Part shown: positions 19,249 through 29,097 of the stretch, one piece after another
How positions within the stretch are numbered: position 1 is the stretch's first letter
How the letters are laid out: each line of letters begins with the position of its first letter
Assembly (NCBI GenBank): GCA_018368345.1
Contig: JAGZEK010000002.1
Span: 121,111-185,110, forward strand
Source: Collinsella sp.
GTDB lineage: Bacteria; Actinomycetota; Coriobacteriia; Coriobacteriales; Coriobacteriaceae
Direction of reading: 5' to 3'
Length of the DNA stretch: 64,000 nt
The notes under the pieces: model-generated
Seen by the model: only the letters and a program-made list of their open reading frames with translations
The model's database searches: none
What the model was told of the DNA's origin: nothing
Made by a program: the position numbers and the translations under genes

Positions 19249-20897
19249 CGCTGATCACCCTCGCGCGACCAGGGAAGGCGGATACGCGGGCGTTCGGTGC
19301 GCGTTGCACGGTCGGCGACCATATCGCTCCAAGGGCCGACGGCGCACCCCAGTTCCACGAGCATCTCGCGCGTGGCCTCGCGCACGCTAGTCGCAAAAGC
19401 GCTGGTCTGCCCCACTGCCTCGTCAGCGCGCCCAAACGCCATGAGCGCGGCGAGATCCTGCCCGCCATCGGCGATACGAATCTTGGAGCTCAACGCACAG
19501 GCAATCTCAAAGCGCATGGCGACGTCCTCGTCTGCTCCGCGCGCACCGAACCGGTTGAACACGGCGCTCATGCGCGTGCGCGGCACACCTACTCGACCTG
19601 CCAGTTCAATGACGCGCGATGCCGATGCCGCGGACGACACCGCCGCATCGCCAACGACCAGGCAACGGTCGCTCGCCGCCACCGCAGCCGCCACGGCGTC
19701 GCCCCAAAAGACCGAGGTATCGATAAAGACCACGTCGGATTCGCGACGCAGAACATCAAGCAGTAGCTCCACCGGACGTGCCATGAGCTCGGCTTGCTCG
19801 GGCGCCGCGACGGGACCCCAGAGCGTAACGCCCGGTGCCACGCGCATCGATGTGGCTACGATATCCGGCTCGGTGAGCGTGCCCGCCGCCGACGGCTCGA
19901 TAAGTGCCGCCATATCGCGCGGAGCATCGACGCCTAACAAATCGTAAAGGTTTCCAAACATCAGATCCAGGTCGAGCACGGCGGCACGCAAGCCCAACAG
20001 CGACGATGTGTGTGCCATGGTGGCAACGATCGTCGACTTGCCGCAACCGCCCGAACCCGAAATGGCGCAGATGACCGGAGCTCGATGCGGCGAAGCGGCA
20101 GCGTCTGCCGGCGGCATCGGAGGCGGCGGGGCGGGCGTCGGTGACAGCGTCCCCGTCTCCCCCGCCGCAACCACATGCTGCGTCCAAGCCGGCATGGCAG
20201 CTTGTTCGGTCTGCGAGGCAGGCTCGTTCTGTGCAATCTGCTCATGCTGCATCAGCGACAACTCGCCGCACCCGGCAAAGCCCTCAACTTCATCGAGTTC
20301 ATCCGCCAGATTCACGCCGTGCACGTATCCCATATCTACAGCCGGGGAATCGCCAGCATGCTGCGCCGGCCCTCCAGCGTCATCGTATACAAGGGGGTTC
20401 CGGGGGCGCCGACCATGCTCGGCTTCCGCTTTTCCATAATCATCAACACGCGGGCCTCTTGTAGCGCGAGGCGCCCCGGGTTCCCTATCAACAAAAGCAT
20501 CGGGCTCAATCGTCATGCGCCGATCGGAATCAACCGCTCCCTCGCCCGCGCGCCCGTTGCCGCATATACTGTGTGCAGCGATGACCTCGGTCGCCCCCGC
20601 GCGAAACAGCCCCTCGATATCCGACGGATCGAGCGCTTCTATCAACACGACCACGCGACTCACGCGGCCTTCGGCCGTCAGGCGCGCAACAGTCTTGCGC
20701 ACATCTTCGGTATCAAACAGAGACGCCGCGATGATGGCAGCCCCGCGGCGTGACGGAAACGCCCGCGCCATGGAAACCAGCCCGTCCAGGTCACCCACGC
20801 GAAGCACCTGTGCACCCACATCACGGCCCTCGACTTCCCGCTGCAACAGTCCGTAATCGCCGCACGCGCAGCACGCAAGCCAGATCGCCTTCATCAC
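19245..20897 (-). CDS. tadZ: TadZ/CpaE-like protein (receiver-like N-domain plus ParA/MinD-type ATPase)
   Basis: Deviant Walker A CAISGSGGCGKSTIVATMA; long Pro-rich linker. Confidence 0.8.
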   Translation of the reverse strand: MMKAIWLACCACGDYGLLQREVEGRDVGAQVLRVGDLDGLVSMARAFPSRRGAAIIAASLFDTEDVRKTVARLTAEGRVSRVVVLIEALDPSDIEGLFRAGATEVIAAHSICGNGRAGEGAVDSDRRMTIEPDAFVDREPGAPRATRGPRVDDYGKAEAEHGRRPRNPLVYDDAGGPAQHAGDSPAVDMGYVHGVNLADELDEVEGFAGCGELSLMQHEQIAQNEPASQTEQAAMPAWTQHVVAAGETGTLSPTPAPPPPMPPADAAASPHRAPVICAISGSGGCGKSTIVATMAHTSSLLGLRAAVLDLDLMFGNLYDLLGVDAPRDMAALIEPSAAGTLTEPDIVATSMRVAPGVTLWGPVAAPEQAELMARPVELLLDVLRRESDVVFIDTSVFWGDAVAAAVAASDRCLVVGDAAVSSAASASRVIELAGRVGVPRTRMSAVFNRFGARGADEDVAMRFEIACALSSKIRIADGGQDLAALMAFGRADEAVGQTSAFATSVREATREMLVELGCAVGPWSDMVADRATRTERPRIRLPWSREGDQR

Positions 20898-21568
20898 TCG
20901 TCGCCTCCGCTCTTTTTGCCGCGCGCCGTGGCGGGAATCGTCAAGCTGACCGTTCCCTTGCCCGAGGCTCCCAGCAGTTCCTTGACGTCTTCGGGGTCAG
21001 CCGCCAGCGTCACCCATTCGATCTTGCCCTCGCGCGTGGCACCGGAATCCTCACTGGTATCGATCACGTGCGCGCCGCACAGCCGATCGGTCACGCCGTC
21101 CTTTTGCACGTACACGTCCACGTAGCTGCCCACGCCCGTGGCACCGCCGACCGAGTGCTCGGCATCGACCGCCACCGAAACGGCAACCTTGCCCTTAGGC
21201 ACCTCGAGCTTGCGGCTCTCGGCCTTGGTGTAGACATTGCAGATCACGGCGTTTTTGGGAATACGCGAAGTCGTCACGTCGCCGCGCACCTGGCGCAGCT
21301 CGGTCGCTGCGTCACGCGGCAGCAGGCTCGTCAGCCATTCCTGGGTTATGACATTGGTCTCATCGAGGGTCTCGCCCACATCGATATCGCGCGCCGCGAC
21401 GCAAACCTCGACGCGATCGCCACCGTACTTGGCCAAGGTCTCAGCCTGGACCTGTTCGGCTTGCGAGCGGATTGACGAGCCGTAAACCATGCAGAGCAGA
21501 GCAGCGAGCACGCCCGCGACCAGACTGATGGCGATGCGCTTGCTCTTGTTCACGGCCGCTCCTCTCAT
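20894..21568 (-). CDS. cpaB: Flp pilus assembly protein CpaB/RcpC (SAF domain)
   Basis: N-terminal TM helix, SAF-like beta region (VAARDIDVGETLD...), first gene of the tad operon. Confidence 0.8.
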   Translation of the reverse strand: MRGAAVNKSKRIAISLVAGVLAALLCMVYGSSIRSQAEQVQAETLAKYGGDRVEVCVAARDIDVGETLDETNVITQEWLTSLLPRDAATELRQVRGDVTTSRIPKNAVICNVYTKAESRKLEVPKGKVAVSVAVDAEHSVGGATGVGSYVDVYVQKDGVTDRLCGAHVIDTSEDSGATREGKIEWVTLAADPEDVKELLGASGKGTVSLTIPATARGKKSGGDE

Positions 21569-21663
21569 GGCAGTGCCGGGCGAATGCCCGTACCACCATT
21601 GTCTGAGCGGTCAGAGTGCAAAGCGGCGCAATCGCAATCTTGGTTTTCGATGTCAAACCAATC

Positions 21664-21706
21664 GCTGACCAAAAGCTGACCAGCCCGTCAAGCTCGTGGC
21701 AAGGTT
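21664..21706. promoter_or_regulatory. inverted repeat GCTGACCAAAA(GCTGACCAG)...TTTTGGTCAGC upstream of the tad operon; candidate operator
   Basis: 11-bp perfect inverted repeat with about 12 nt between the arms (centres about 30 bp apart), lying in the cpaB 5' region. Confidence 0.35.
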
Positions 21707-21742
21707 TTGGTCAGCACGTCAGCAAACTGTATGTTTCGAAGC

Positions 21743-21778
21743 TTTTCCGCAGCAAAAAAGCCGTCTCCCGAACAGTTG
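21743..21778 (-). terminator. rho-independent terminator of rsgA
   Basis: Minus strand agccgtctcccaactgttcgggagacggcttttttgc. Confidence 0.75.
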
Positions 21779-21805
21779 GGAGACGGCTGTCATAGGAAAA
21801 ATCAA

Positions 21806-22990
21806 TTACAGATGGACATCGGGATCGAGCATTTGAGCGCTCACGCGCATGGATGACGCCAGGTTTTGGAACGTTTCCAGACGCAGGCTATCGATCTGCC
21901 CGGCGTCCTCGGCCTCGCGAACGGCGCAGCCCGGCTCATGGGTATGCGTGCAATCGCCAAACCGGCACGCGCGCGATGCCTCGACAATCTCGGGGAAAGC
22001 GCGCGCCAGACCCCGCTCGTGACCCACGAGCGGCAGGCTGCGCAGGCCCGGGGCATCGGCGATCACGCCGGCGTCGCCCGGCAGTGCCACCATCACGCGC
22101 GCGACGGTAGTGTGACGGCCCTGATCGTCGCGTTCGCGCACACCGCCGGTCGCCAACGTATCGTGGCCCAGCAGCGCATTGAGCAGCGTCGACTTGCCGG
22201 CACCCGACTCGCCCAGAATCATGGCGCAGCTCCCGGCGGGCACGCAGGCACGGACCTCGTCCAGGCCGCGGCCCTCGGCAGAGGACGTCACGATCACACG
22301 CACGTCCGGACCCACCAGGCGGCGCGCGCGGTCCAGATCGCGCTCGAGCTCCTCGGCATCGCAGCGATCAGCTTTGGTGAGTACCACCACCGGCTCGGCA
22401 TCGCAGTCGAGCGCCAACACCAGCGAGCGCGCCACGCGGTCGAGCAGCACCTCACCGGCACCGAGCGCCTGCACGATTAGCACGCTATCCACGTTGGAGC
22501 AGAGCACCTGGCGCTCTCCGCGGGCACGGCCGCGCCAACGCTCAAAGCTCGTACGGCGCGGCAGCACGCATTCAATCACGCCCATATCGTGCCCGGGAGC
22601 GCGGCGCACCGCCACACGATCGCCCACGGCAGGCAGCAGGACCTCGTCCCCACCGCGCGACTTGGCAAATCCCACGGCATGCTCGGCGCGGAAGGTATCG
22701 TCGGCAGTCGCCACCAGCGGAAACCCACGATCCAAGCGCACCACGGCGCCAAGTTGCATCTGCTCGGGCTCCTCGGCATGTGCGCAGAAATCATCAAAGG
22801 CAGCCTGCTGAGCTTCATCGACCGGCAGGTCATCAAACGCCGGAACATCCTGCAGCGCGTCAAGCCCCGGTACACTCGCCAGCAACTCCTCAGCAGATGC
22901 AGGGGGTTCGGTCGCGAGCTTCCGACGACGATCGCGCTTAGCCCGCGCCCCCGTCGTCTTTTTCTTCGCTTTAGCCTTAGCCTTGCCCAC
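21806..22990 (-). CDS. rsgA: ribosome small-subunit-dependent GTPase A
   Basis: Circularly permuted GTPase: VDSVLIV (G4-like), GESGAGKSTLLNAL, Zn-finger CRFGDCTHTHEPGC. Start re-assigned to GTG at 22990 with a GGGAGG RBS. The basic KAKAKAKKK N-terminus resembles E. coli RsgA; the ORF-track start at 23080 lies inside a repeat. Confidence 0.85.
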   Translation of the reverse strand: MGKAKAKAKKKTTGARAKRDRRRKLATEPPASAEELLASVPGLDALQDVPAFDDLPVDEAQQAAFDDFCAHAEEPEQMQLGAVVRLDRGFPLVATADDTFRAEHAVGFAKSRGGDEVLLPAVGDRVAVRRAPGHDMGVIECVLPRRTSFERWRGRARGERQVLCSNVDSVLIVQALGAGEVLLDRVARSLVLALDCDAEPVVVLTKADRCDAEELERDLDRARRLVGPDVRVIVTSSAEGRGLDEVRACVPAGSCAMILGESGAGKSTLLNALLGHDTLATGGVRERDDQGRHTTVARVMVALPGDAGVIADAPGLRSLPLVGHERGLARAFPEIVEASRACRFGDCTHTHEPGCAVREAEDAGQIDSLRLETFQNLASSMRVSAQMLDPDVHL

Positions 22991-23038
22991 AAGCGCCTCC
23001 CAGCACCACAAATCACAACTGAGCGGGTATTTTCCCAC

Positions 23039-23310
23039 AAAAAAGAGTCGGTCGAGCAAATGCCCGACCGACTCACACACTTTCCCTCAGCCTTTATCAT
23101 CCACACGGGAGAAAAGTCAGCAACGTCACCGCAGGGCCCGCCCGCCGAGAGGGGTTTCCAAAGGGCACATCCTTTATTCAAAACGAGCGGCCGAGCAATT
23201 GCTCGGCCGCTCACCTTCTTTCCCTCAGCCCTTTTTCATCCGCGCGGGAGAAAAGCCAGTAAGGATACCGTAGGGCCCACCCTGGGAGTGTTTTCTTCTG
23301 AGCGATCCTG
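23039..23310. repeat. two tandem ~135-140-bp repeat units, each with a strong hairpin (gtcggtcgagcaaatgcccgaccgac / gagcggccgagcaattgctcggccgctc) then TTTCCCTCAGCC..TCATCC.C.CGGGAGAAAAG
   Basis: Units at 23039-23179 and 23180-23310 are roughly 75% identical. The whole 22991-23373 intergenic region is a large imperfect palindrome (GGGCCCGCCCGCCGAGAGGGGTTT ... AAAACACGCAGGGGCGGGCCC), related to 31985-32130. Confidence 0.6.
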
Positions 23311-23373
23311 CAGCGCGAAGCGCGAGGACCAGCGAAGAAGAAAACACGCAGGGGCGGGCCCGGACAGGTTAAC

Positions 23374-26055
23374 TTACTCCTTCTCGACCGCGCGCATGAT
23401 CGCCTTGTAGATCTCCATCAGCGGGATGATCAGGAAGGCCAGGCCCAGGGCAGCGACAACGCCCTTGAGCTCAAGCGTCACGGGGCCAAAGAACATCTCG
23501 GCAAGCGTCGGCTGCACGGTCACGATCACCGTCAGCACCAGTGCCAGCGCGGCGGAAGCCCACAGCCACTTGTTCTGCTTCTTCATGGTGAACAGCGACG
23601 CACGACGGCTGCGCATATTGAAGCAGTGGAAAATCTCGACCATGTTGAGCGTGATGAACGCCATCATCACGCCTTCCTCGTCGGCATTGCCGGCGATCAT
23701 ATCGGCGATATGGATGTAGCCCATGTCAAAGTACACGCCCACAAAGAAGCTCGCCAGCACCAGCGCGGTGATGATTAGGCCCTGGACCACGCAGTCCAGA
23801 CCCATATGTCCGGCAAAGACACCGTCCTTGGCGTTGCGCGGCTTGCGCTTCATGATGTCGCCCTCGGCATCCTCCATGCCCAGCGCGAGCGCGGGGAAGC
23901 AGTCGGTGACCAGGTTCACCCACAGCAGCTGCACCGGCTGGAAGATGGTAAAGCCGATGAGCGTGGCGATAAACACCGAGAACACCTCGGCAAGGTTGGC
24001 CGAAAGCAGGAACTGGATGACCTTGCGGATGTTGTCGTAGATGCGACGACCCTCTTCGCAGGCGCCGATGATGGTAGCGAAGTTGTCATCGGCAAGTACC
24101 ATGTCGGCGACGTTCTTGGTGACGTCGGTACCGGTGATGCCCATACCAACGCCAATGTCGGCGCGCTTGATGGACGGGGCGTCGTTGACGCCATCGCCCG
24201 TCATGGCCACGATCTGGTCGCGCGACTTCCAAGCCTCGACGATGCGTGTCTTGTGCTCGGGCTGGACGCGGGCGTACACGCCGTAGTCCTCGATGTTCGC
24301 GTCGAGCTCCTCGTCGCTCATGCGATCGAGGTCGGCACCGGTGATGGCCTGGCTGCGATCAGTGACGATACCCAGCTGCTTGGCAATGGCCACGGCGGTG
24401 TCGATGTGGTCGCCCGTAATCATGACGGTGCGGATACCGGCGTCGTGCGCCTCACGGATGGCGTCGGCTACCTCGGGGCGGACCGGGTCGATCATGCCGG
24501 ACAGACCGCAGAAGACCAGGTCATGCTCGAGCGCGGCGGGGCTGCAGTCGGCCGGGACCTCGGTGTAGGTGCGGCTTGCCAGCGCAAGCACGCGCAGGGC
24601 CTCGTCGGCCATGGCCTTGTTGGCGGCCACGAGCTCGGCACGACGGTCCTCGGTCAACGGGACGACCTTGTCGCTCTCGTAGATGTGGGTGCACAGGCCG
24701 ATCACCACGTCGGGCGCGCCCTTGGTGTACTGCTCGTACTCGCCGTCCAGGGTCTCGACGACCACGGACATCATCTTGCGGCCTGAGTCGAACGGGGCCT
24801 CGCCCACGCGCGGGTGCTCGGCAGTCAGGCCGGTGAGGCCCGCCTTGCCGGCGTCGTTGACGAGCGCGCACTCGGTCGGCTCGCCCACGGCCTCGCCCAG
24901 CTCCTCATCCCACTGAGCGTCGGAGCACAGGGCCATGCCAGCCAGGAACTTCTCCTTGGGCGCGGCAAGCTCGTGCTTGACCACGGTCATCTTGTTCTGG
25001 GTAAGGGTGCCGGTCTTGTCGGAGCAGATGGTCTGCGTGCAGCCAAGGGTCTCGACAGCAGAAAGCTTGCGGATGATCGCCTGGCGCTTGGCCATCTTGG
25101 TCACGCCGAGCGAAAGCACGATGGTCACGACGGCGACCAGGCCCTCGGGGATGGCGGCGACGGCGAGCGAGACGGCCACCATAAAGGTGTCGAGCAGCGC
25201 GGTCGGGTCGGTAAGGACGTTGCCCACGCCGTGACGAATGATATCGACACCAAAGATGACGACGCAGATGACAATCACCATGATGGTAAGGATTCGGCTG
25301 AGCTCGGCGAGCTTAACCTGCAGAGGCGTGAGCTCTTCCTTGGCCTCGGCCAGAGCGCCGGCGATCTTGCCCATCTCGGTGTTCATACCGGTGCCGACCA
25401 CGACGGCGCGACCGCGGCCGTATACCACGGTGGAACCCATGTAGCACATGTTCTTGCGGTCGCCGAGCGGCACGTCATCGGTGCCGGCGGCGAGCTCAAT
25501 GACGTTGGCATGTTTCTCGACGGGCACGGACTCGCCGGTAAGGGCGGCCTCCTCGATCTTCATCGTGGCGCTCTCGAGCACACGGCAGTCGGCCGGAACG
25601 GAGTCGCCCGCCTCGAGCATGATCACATCGCCGGGCACGAGCTCGGCGCTCGGCAGGTGCACGAGCTTGCCGTCGCGCAGCACCTTGGACTGCGCGGCGC
25701 TCATCTCCTGCAGGGCCTCGAGGGCTTCCTCGCTCTTGGCCTCCTGAACCACGCCCAGCACCGAGTTGACGATAACGACGAACATGATGATGGCGACATC
25801 GGCAAAGTCGGGCTCGCCCTTGACCATGCCCGTGAGGGCGCTGATGACGGCGGCAACGATCAGCATGATGACCATGGGGTCGGCCATCTGCTCAAAGAAA
25901 CGCTTCCACAGCGGCGTCTTCTCGGCTTCCTCGAGCTTGTTAGGGCCTGTCTTGGCGAGGCGCGACGACGCCTCGTCGTTGCTCAGGCCGAGGTTCTCAT
26001 CGACGCCTTGGTCGCTGAGCACCTCCGCCGCGGCGGACAGGTATTCCTTTTGCAT
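23374..26055 (-). CDS. P-type cation-transporting ATPase (P2 type, Ca2+/Mg2+-like)
   Basis: DKTGTLT phosphorylation site, TGDGVNDAPSIK hinge motif, 10 TM helices, 893 aa. Confidence 0.95.
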   Translation of the reverse strand: MQKEYLSAAAEVLSDQGVDENLGLSNDEASSRLAKTGPNKLEEAEKTPLWKRFFEQMADPMVIMLIVAAVISALTGMVKGEPDFADVAIIMFVVIVNSVLGVVQEAKSEEALEALQEMSAAQSKVLRDGKLVHLPSAELVPGDVIMLEAGDSVPADCRVLESATMKIEEAALTGESVPVEKHANVIELAAGTDDVPLGDRKNMCYMGSTVVYGRGRAVVVGTGMNTEMGKIAGALAEAKEELTPLQVKLAELSRILTIMVIVICVVIFGVDIIRHGVGNVLTDPTALLDTFMVAVSLAVAAIPEGLVAVVTIVLSLGVTKMAKRQAIIRKLSAVETLGCTQTICSDKTGTLTQNKMTVVKHELAAPKEKFLAGMALCSDAQWDEELGEAVGEPTECALVNDAGKAGLTGLTAEHPRVGEAPFDSGRKMMSVVVETLDGEYEQYTKGAPDVVIGLCTHIYESDKVVPLTEDRRAELVAANKAMADEALRVLALASRTYTEVPADCSPAALEHDLVFCGLSGMIDPVRPEVADAIREAHDAGIRTVMITGDHIDTAVAIAKQLGIVTDRSQAITGADLDRMSDEELDANIEDYGVYARVQPEHKTRIVEAWKSRDQIVAMTGDGVNDAPSIKRADIGVGMGITGTDVTKNVADMVLADDNFATIIGACEEGRRIYDNIRKVIQFLLSANLAEVFSVFIATLIGFTIFQPVQLLWVNLVTDCFPALALGMEDAEGDIMKRKPRNAKDGVFAGHMGLDCVVQGLIITALVLASFFVGVYFDMGYIHIADMIAGNADEEGVMMAFITLNMVEIFHCFNMRSRRASLFTMKKQNKWLWASAALALVLTVIVTVQPTLAEMFFGPVTLELKGVVAALGLAFLIIPLMEIYKAIMRAVEKE

Positions 26056-26497
26056 ATAGAGTCCCCTCCTGGGATTCGGGCCACTCAGCAGATTGATGCC
26101 CGATCATAATTCCCAGGAGAAGGGCAAGGGCTCATCAAGGCTGCCGTGCTGAGCGGCAGTTGATAGTGGAGCTATGGTACCCCAAAGCGACGCGTCTAGC
26201 CAAAACAATCGGTTTGGAAATATGGTCCGCACGCAACGGTGCAGACCGTGTGATGCTCAACATTGGTAAAACGTTTTTTCTTCGGCACATCGCCAAACTG
26301 ACATATCGCCCAGATAGCAGCGCTTGGAGTGGTTGGTAAAGATTTTTCATATACCGTTTTTCCCGCAAAAAATGAACTTCCATTTCGGCATACGGTCGAT
26401 TTTTTGGGGTATTCGGTCGGCATTTCGTTATAATCATCTCGGTTTTATTTCTTATGGTTTATCTATCAGCGCAAGACGATGTCAGATGGAGGTCTGA

Positions 26498-27958
26498 ATG
26501 TACAAGCGCACTAAGATTGTATGCACCATGGGTCCCGCCTGCGATAGCGACGAGACCATCCGCGAGATGATCAAGGCGGGCATGAACGTCGCCCGTTTTA
26601 ACTTCTCGCACGGCTCCTACGACGAGCACCACGGTCGCATCGAGCGCGTCCGCCGTATTTCCAAGGAGCTCGGTCTGCCTGTCGGCATCCTGCTCGACAC
26701 CAAGGGCCCCGAGGTCCGCACCGGCCTTCTGGTCGACGGCAAGAAGGTTGCCGTCAAGACCGGCGATAAGATCGTCGTCACCGCTCAGCCCACGTCCGAG
26801 GATTTCCACGGCACCGCTGAGCACATCTCCCTCGACTACCTGGCTCTGCCTTCCGAGGTCGAGAAGGGCTCCCTCATCCTGATCGATGACGGCCTGGTTG
26901 CCCTCGAGGTCGAGTCCGTCAGTGGCCAGGACATGACCTGCGTCGTTAAGAACGACGGCCTGATCGGCGAGCGCAAGGGCGTCAACATGCCCAACGTCAA
27001 CATCTCGCTGCCCGCCATCACCGAGCGCGATCGTCAGGACATCCTCTTTGGCCTGACCGAGAACATCGACTACATCGCCGCTTCCTTCATCCGTGACGGC
27101 GAGTCCGTCCGCGGCATCCGCGAGCTTTGCCGCGAGAACGGCGGCGAGCACGTGACGATCTTCCCGAAGATCGAGTGCGCCTTGGGCGTCGAGAACTTCG
27201 ACGAGATTCTCGAGGCTTCCGACGGCATCATGGTCGCTCGTGGCGACCTGGGCATCGAGATCAAGCCCGAGCTCGTTCCGCACATCCAGAAGGAGATCAT
27301 CGCCAAGTGCAACGCGGCCTACAAGCCCGTTATCACCGCTACGCAGATGCTCGACTCCATGCAGCAGAACCCGCGCCCGACGCGCGCCGAGGTTGCCGAC
27401 GTTGCTAACGCCATTTATGACGGCACCGACGCCGTCATGCTGTCCGGCGAGTCCGCTGCCGGTAAGTACCCGGTCGAGGCCGTCAAGATGCAGGCCAGCA
27501 TTGCTCTCGAGACCGAGAAGTACCTCCCGGCCCACGCTCCGCTCGAGGTTCCGGCCGATGCTCACGGCACCCGCGTCGTCAACAACGTTGTGGGTATGTC
27601 CGCTGTGAACATGGCCACCACCGTTGGCGCCAAGTGCATCACCGTGCCGACGACCACCGGTCGTACCGCTCGCCTGATCTCGCACTTCCGTCCCAACATG
27701 CCGATCTGCGCGTTCTCCCGCCACGAGTGGGCCGTCCAGCAGATGATCATGTACTGGGGCGTTATCCCGCACCAGGCCGAGATTACCCAGGGCACCGTCA
27801 ACGGCACGATCGTCAAGGCGATCGAGACCGCTAAGGAGCTCGGCTACGTCGAGGCCGGCGACCTGACCGTCGCTACCGCCGGCGATCCCCGCATGAGCGT
27901 CCAGCTCGAGGACAAGGTCTCCTCGACCAACGTCGCTTACGTCGCTCAGGTGCGCTAA
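26498..27958 (+). CDS. pyk: pyruvate kinase
   Basis: TKIVCTMGPA, LDTKGPEVRTG, MVARGDLG motifs. The -10-like TTATAAT lies about 40 nt upstream. Confidence 0.95.
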   Translation: MYKRTKIVCTMGPACDSDETIREMIKAGMNVARFNFSHGSYDEHHGRIERVRRISKELGLPVGILLDTKGPEVRTGLLVDGKKVAVKTGDKIVVTAQPTSEDFHGTAEHISLDYLALPSEVEKGSLILIDDGLVALEVESVSGQDMTCVVKNDGLIGERKGVNMPNVNISLPAITERDRQDILFGLTENIDYIAASFIRDGESVRGIRELCRENGGEHVTIFPKIECALGVENFDEILEASDGIMVARGDLGIEIKPELVPHIQKEIIAKCNAAYKPVITATQMLDSMQQNPRPTRAEVADVANAIYDGTDAVMLSGESAAGKYPVEAVKMQASIALETEKYLPAHAPLEVPADAHGTRVVNNVVGMSAVNMATTVGAKCITVPTTTGRTARLISHFRPNMPICAFSRHEWAVQQMIMYWGVIPHQAEITQGTVNGTIVKAIETAKELGYVEAGDLTVATAGDPRMSVQLEDKVSSTNVAYVAQVR

Positions 27959-27986
27959 ATCGCACTTGCAAGCAGGTTTGCATTGC

Positions 27987-28026
27987 AAAGGGCCCGGAAG
28001 GCTTTGCCTTCCGGGCCCTTTTTCTG
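27987..28026 (+). terminator. rho-independent terminator of pyk
   Basis: aaagggcccggaaggctttgccttccgggcccttttt. Confidence 0.85.
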
Positions 28027-28170
28027 TGCGTCGATGCCTCCCGCACGGCATGACACGCAACCAGCTACTTATGGCATGCTATGAAATGTGCAGCTCATTT
28101 GCCGTGTTTACGCCCTGCGACGGGAGCTGTTGGTCGATTGGGATGAGCTGTTCACTGCCGGGCCGGCCAG

Positions 28171-29031
28171 CTAGCAGCTAGCGATCAGGGGCAGAGCAGG
28201 AACACCGGGTGATGCGACGCGGGCGGCAAATCCCGCCTCGGTCAGCTCGATGACCTCGGTAAACGTTACATCGAAAAACTCCTCGGTTAGCAGGCGATAC
28301 GGCGGATGATCGGGCTCGCCGGGGTTTTCGCGTACAATCTCGTGCATGACGCCGATAGTCTTGAGCACATATTCTTTATGGATGGGATACTGCCCAAAAC
28401 GCGTCGCAGCGGTATAGAGGCGATCGGTCGCACGCGGAATGGAAACGATGCCCAGCGTCTTGCCAAACCAGTCAAAATCGCCCTGCTTTTTAATGCGGAA
28501 TTCCTCGCACGGCTTGCCGCCGTGTGCTTCCAGATACTGGTTCACACGCGTGTTCCATACCGTGTCGGCCACCAGATGCGACCAGACGCCCAGCGTTAAA
28601 TCGAGCAGCGACTGCGCCACATCTTCGGACGCAAGCGAGAACTCACAGGCGCCGGGACCGACAACCGGCTCGGCATCCCTGTAGCGCTGAGGATAGTGCA
28701 CGCGGTTCAGTCGCTCGCGCTCCTCGACAATCGAGGTAGCCTCAGCAGGTTCGCCCGCGGGTGCGCCTTTAAGCAGCGGCGCCACATGGGTATCCCAGAA
28801 CTCGTGCTCGCGCGGCTTAGGGATAGGCTCGGGCTTTGCAAAGTGCGTAATGCGATACGGAATGGGATCGGCGATGCCAGGGACCATATAGCCCACGAAG
28901 ATATCCGGAACCACGCAGCCAAACAAAAAGGCATTGCGGTCGCGCACGCTATCGGCAAGCACGCTAGCACGTGCCAGCAAGCGCTCCGTTTGAGCGATAT
29001 GAATGTTCCAACTTGGCATAGCCACCCCCAT
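28171..29031 (-). CDS. hypothetical protein, possibly zinc-dependent phospholipase C-like family
   Basis: N-terminal SWNIHIAQTE (W/H metal-ligand-like start), several conserved His/Asp. Assignment is tentative. Confidence 0.5.
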   Translation of the reverse strand: MGVAMPSWNIHIAQTERLLARASVLADSVRDRNAFLFGCVVPDIFVGYMVPGIADPIPYRITHFAKPEPIPKPREHEFWDTHVAPLLKGAPAGEPAEATSIVEERERLNRVHYPQRYRDAEPVVGPGACEFSLASEDVAQSLLDLTLGVWSHLVADTVWNTRVNQYLEAHGGKPCEEFRIKKQGDFDWFGKTLGIVSIPRATDRLYTAATRFGQYPIHKEYVLKTIGVMHEIVRENPGEPDHPPYRLLTEEFFDVTFTEVIELTEAGFAARVASPGVPALPLIASC

Positions 29032-29097
29032 AAAACCTGGTTAACTATACCATCACGGCAGAGTCGCACAGGCGGCCATACATACCCTACGCAGCAA

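Noticed and set aside
26135-26437. 100-aa minus-strand ORF in the AT-rich pyk / ATPase divergent promoter region
   Set aside because: AT-rich codon usage with no RBS or motifs. The region is better explained as a promoter or UTR.
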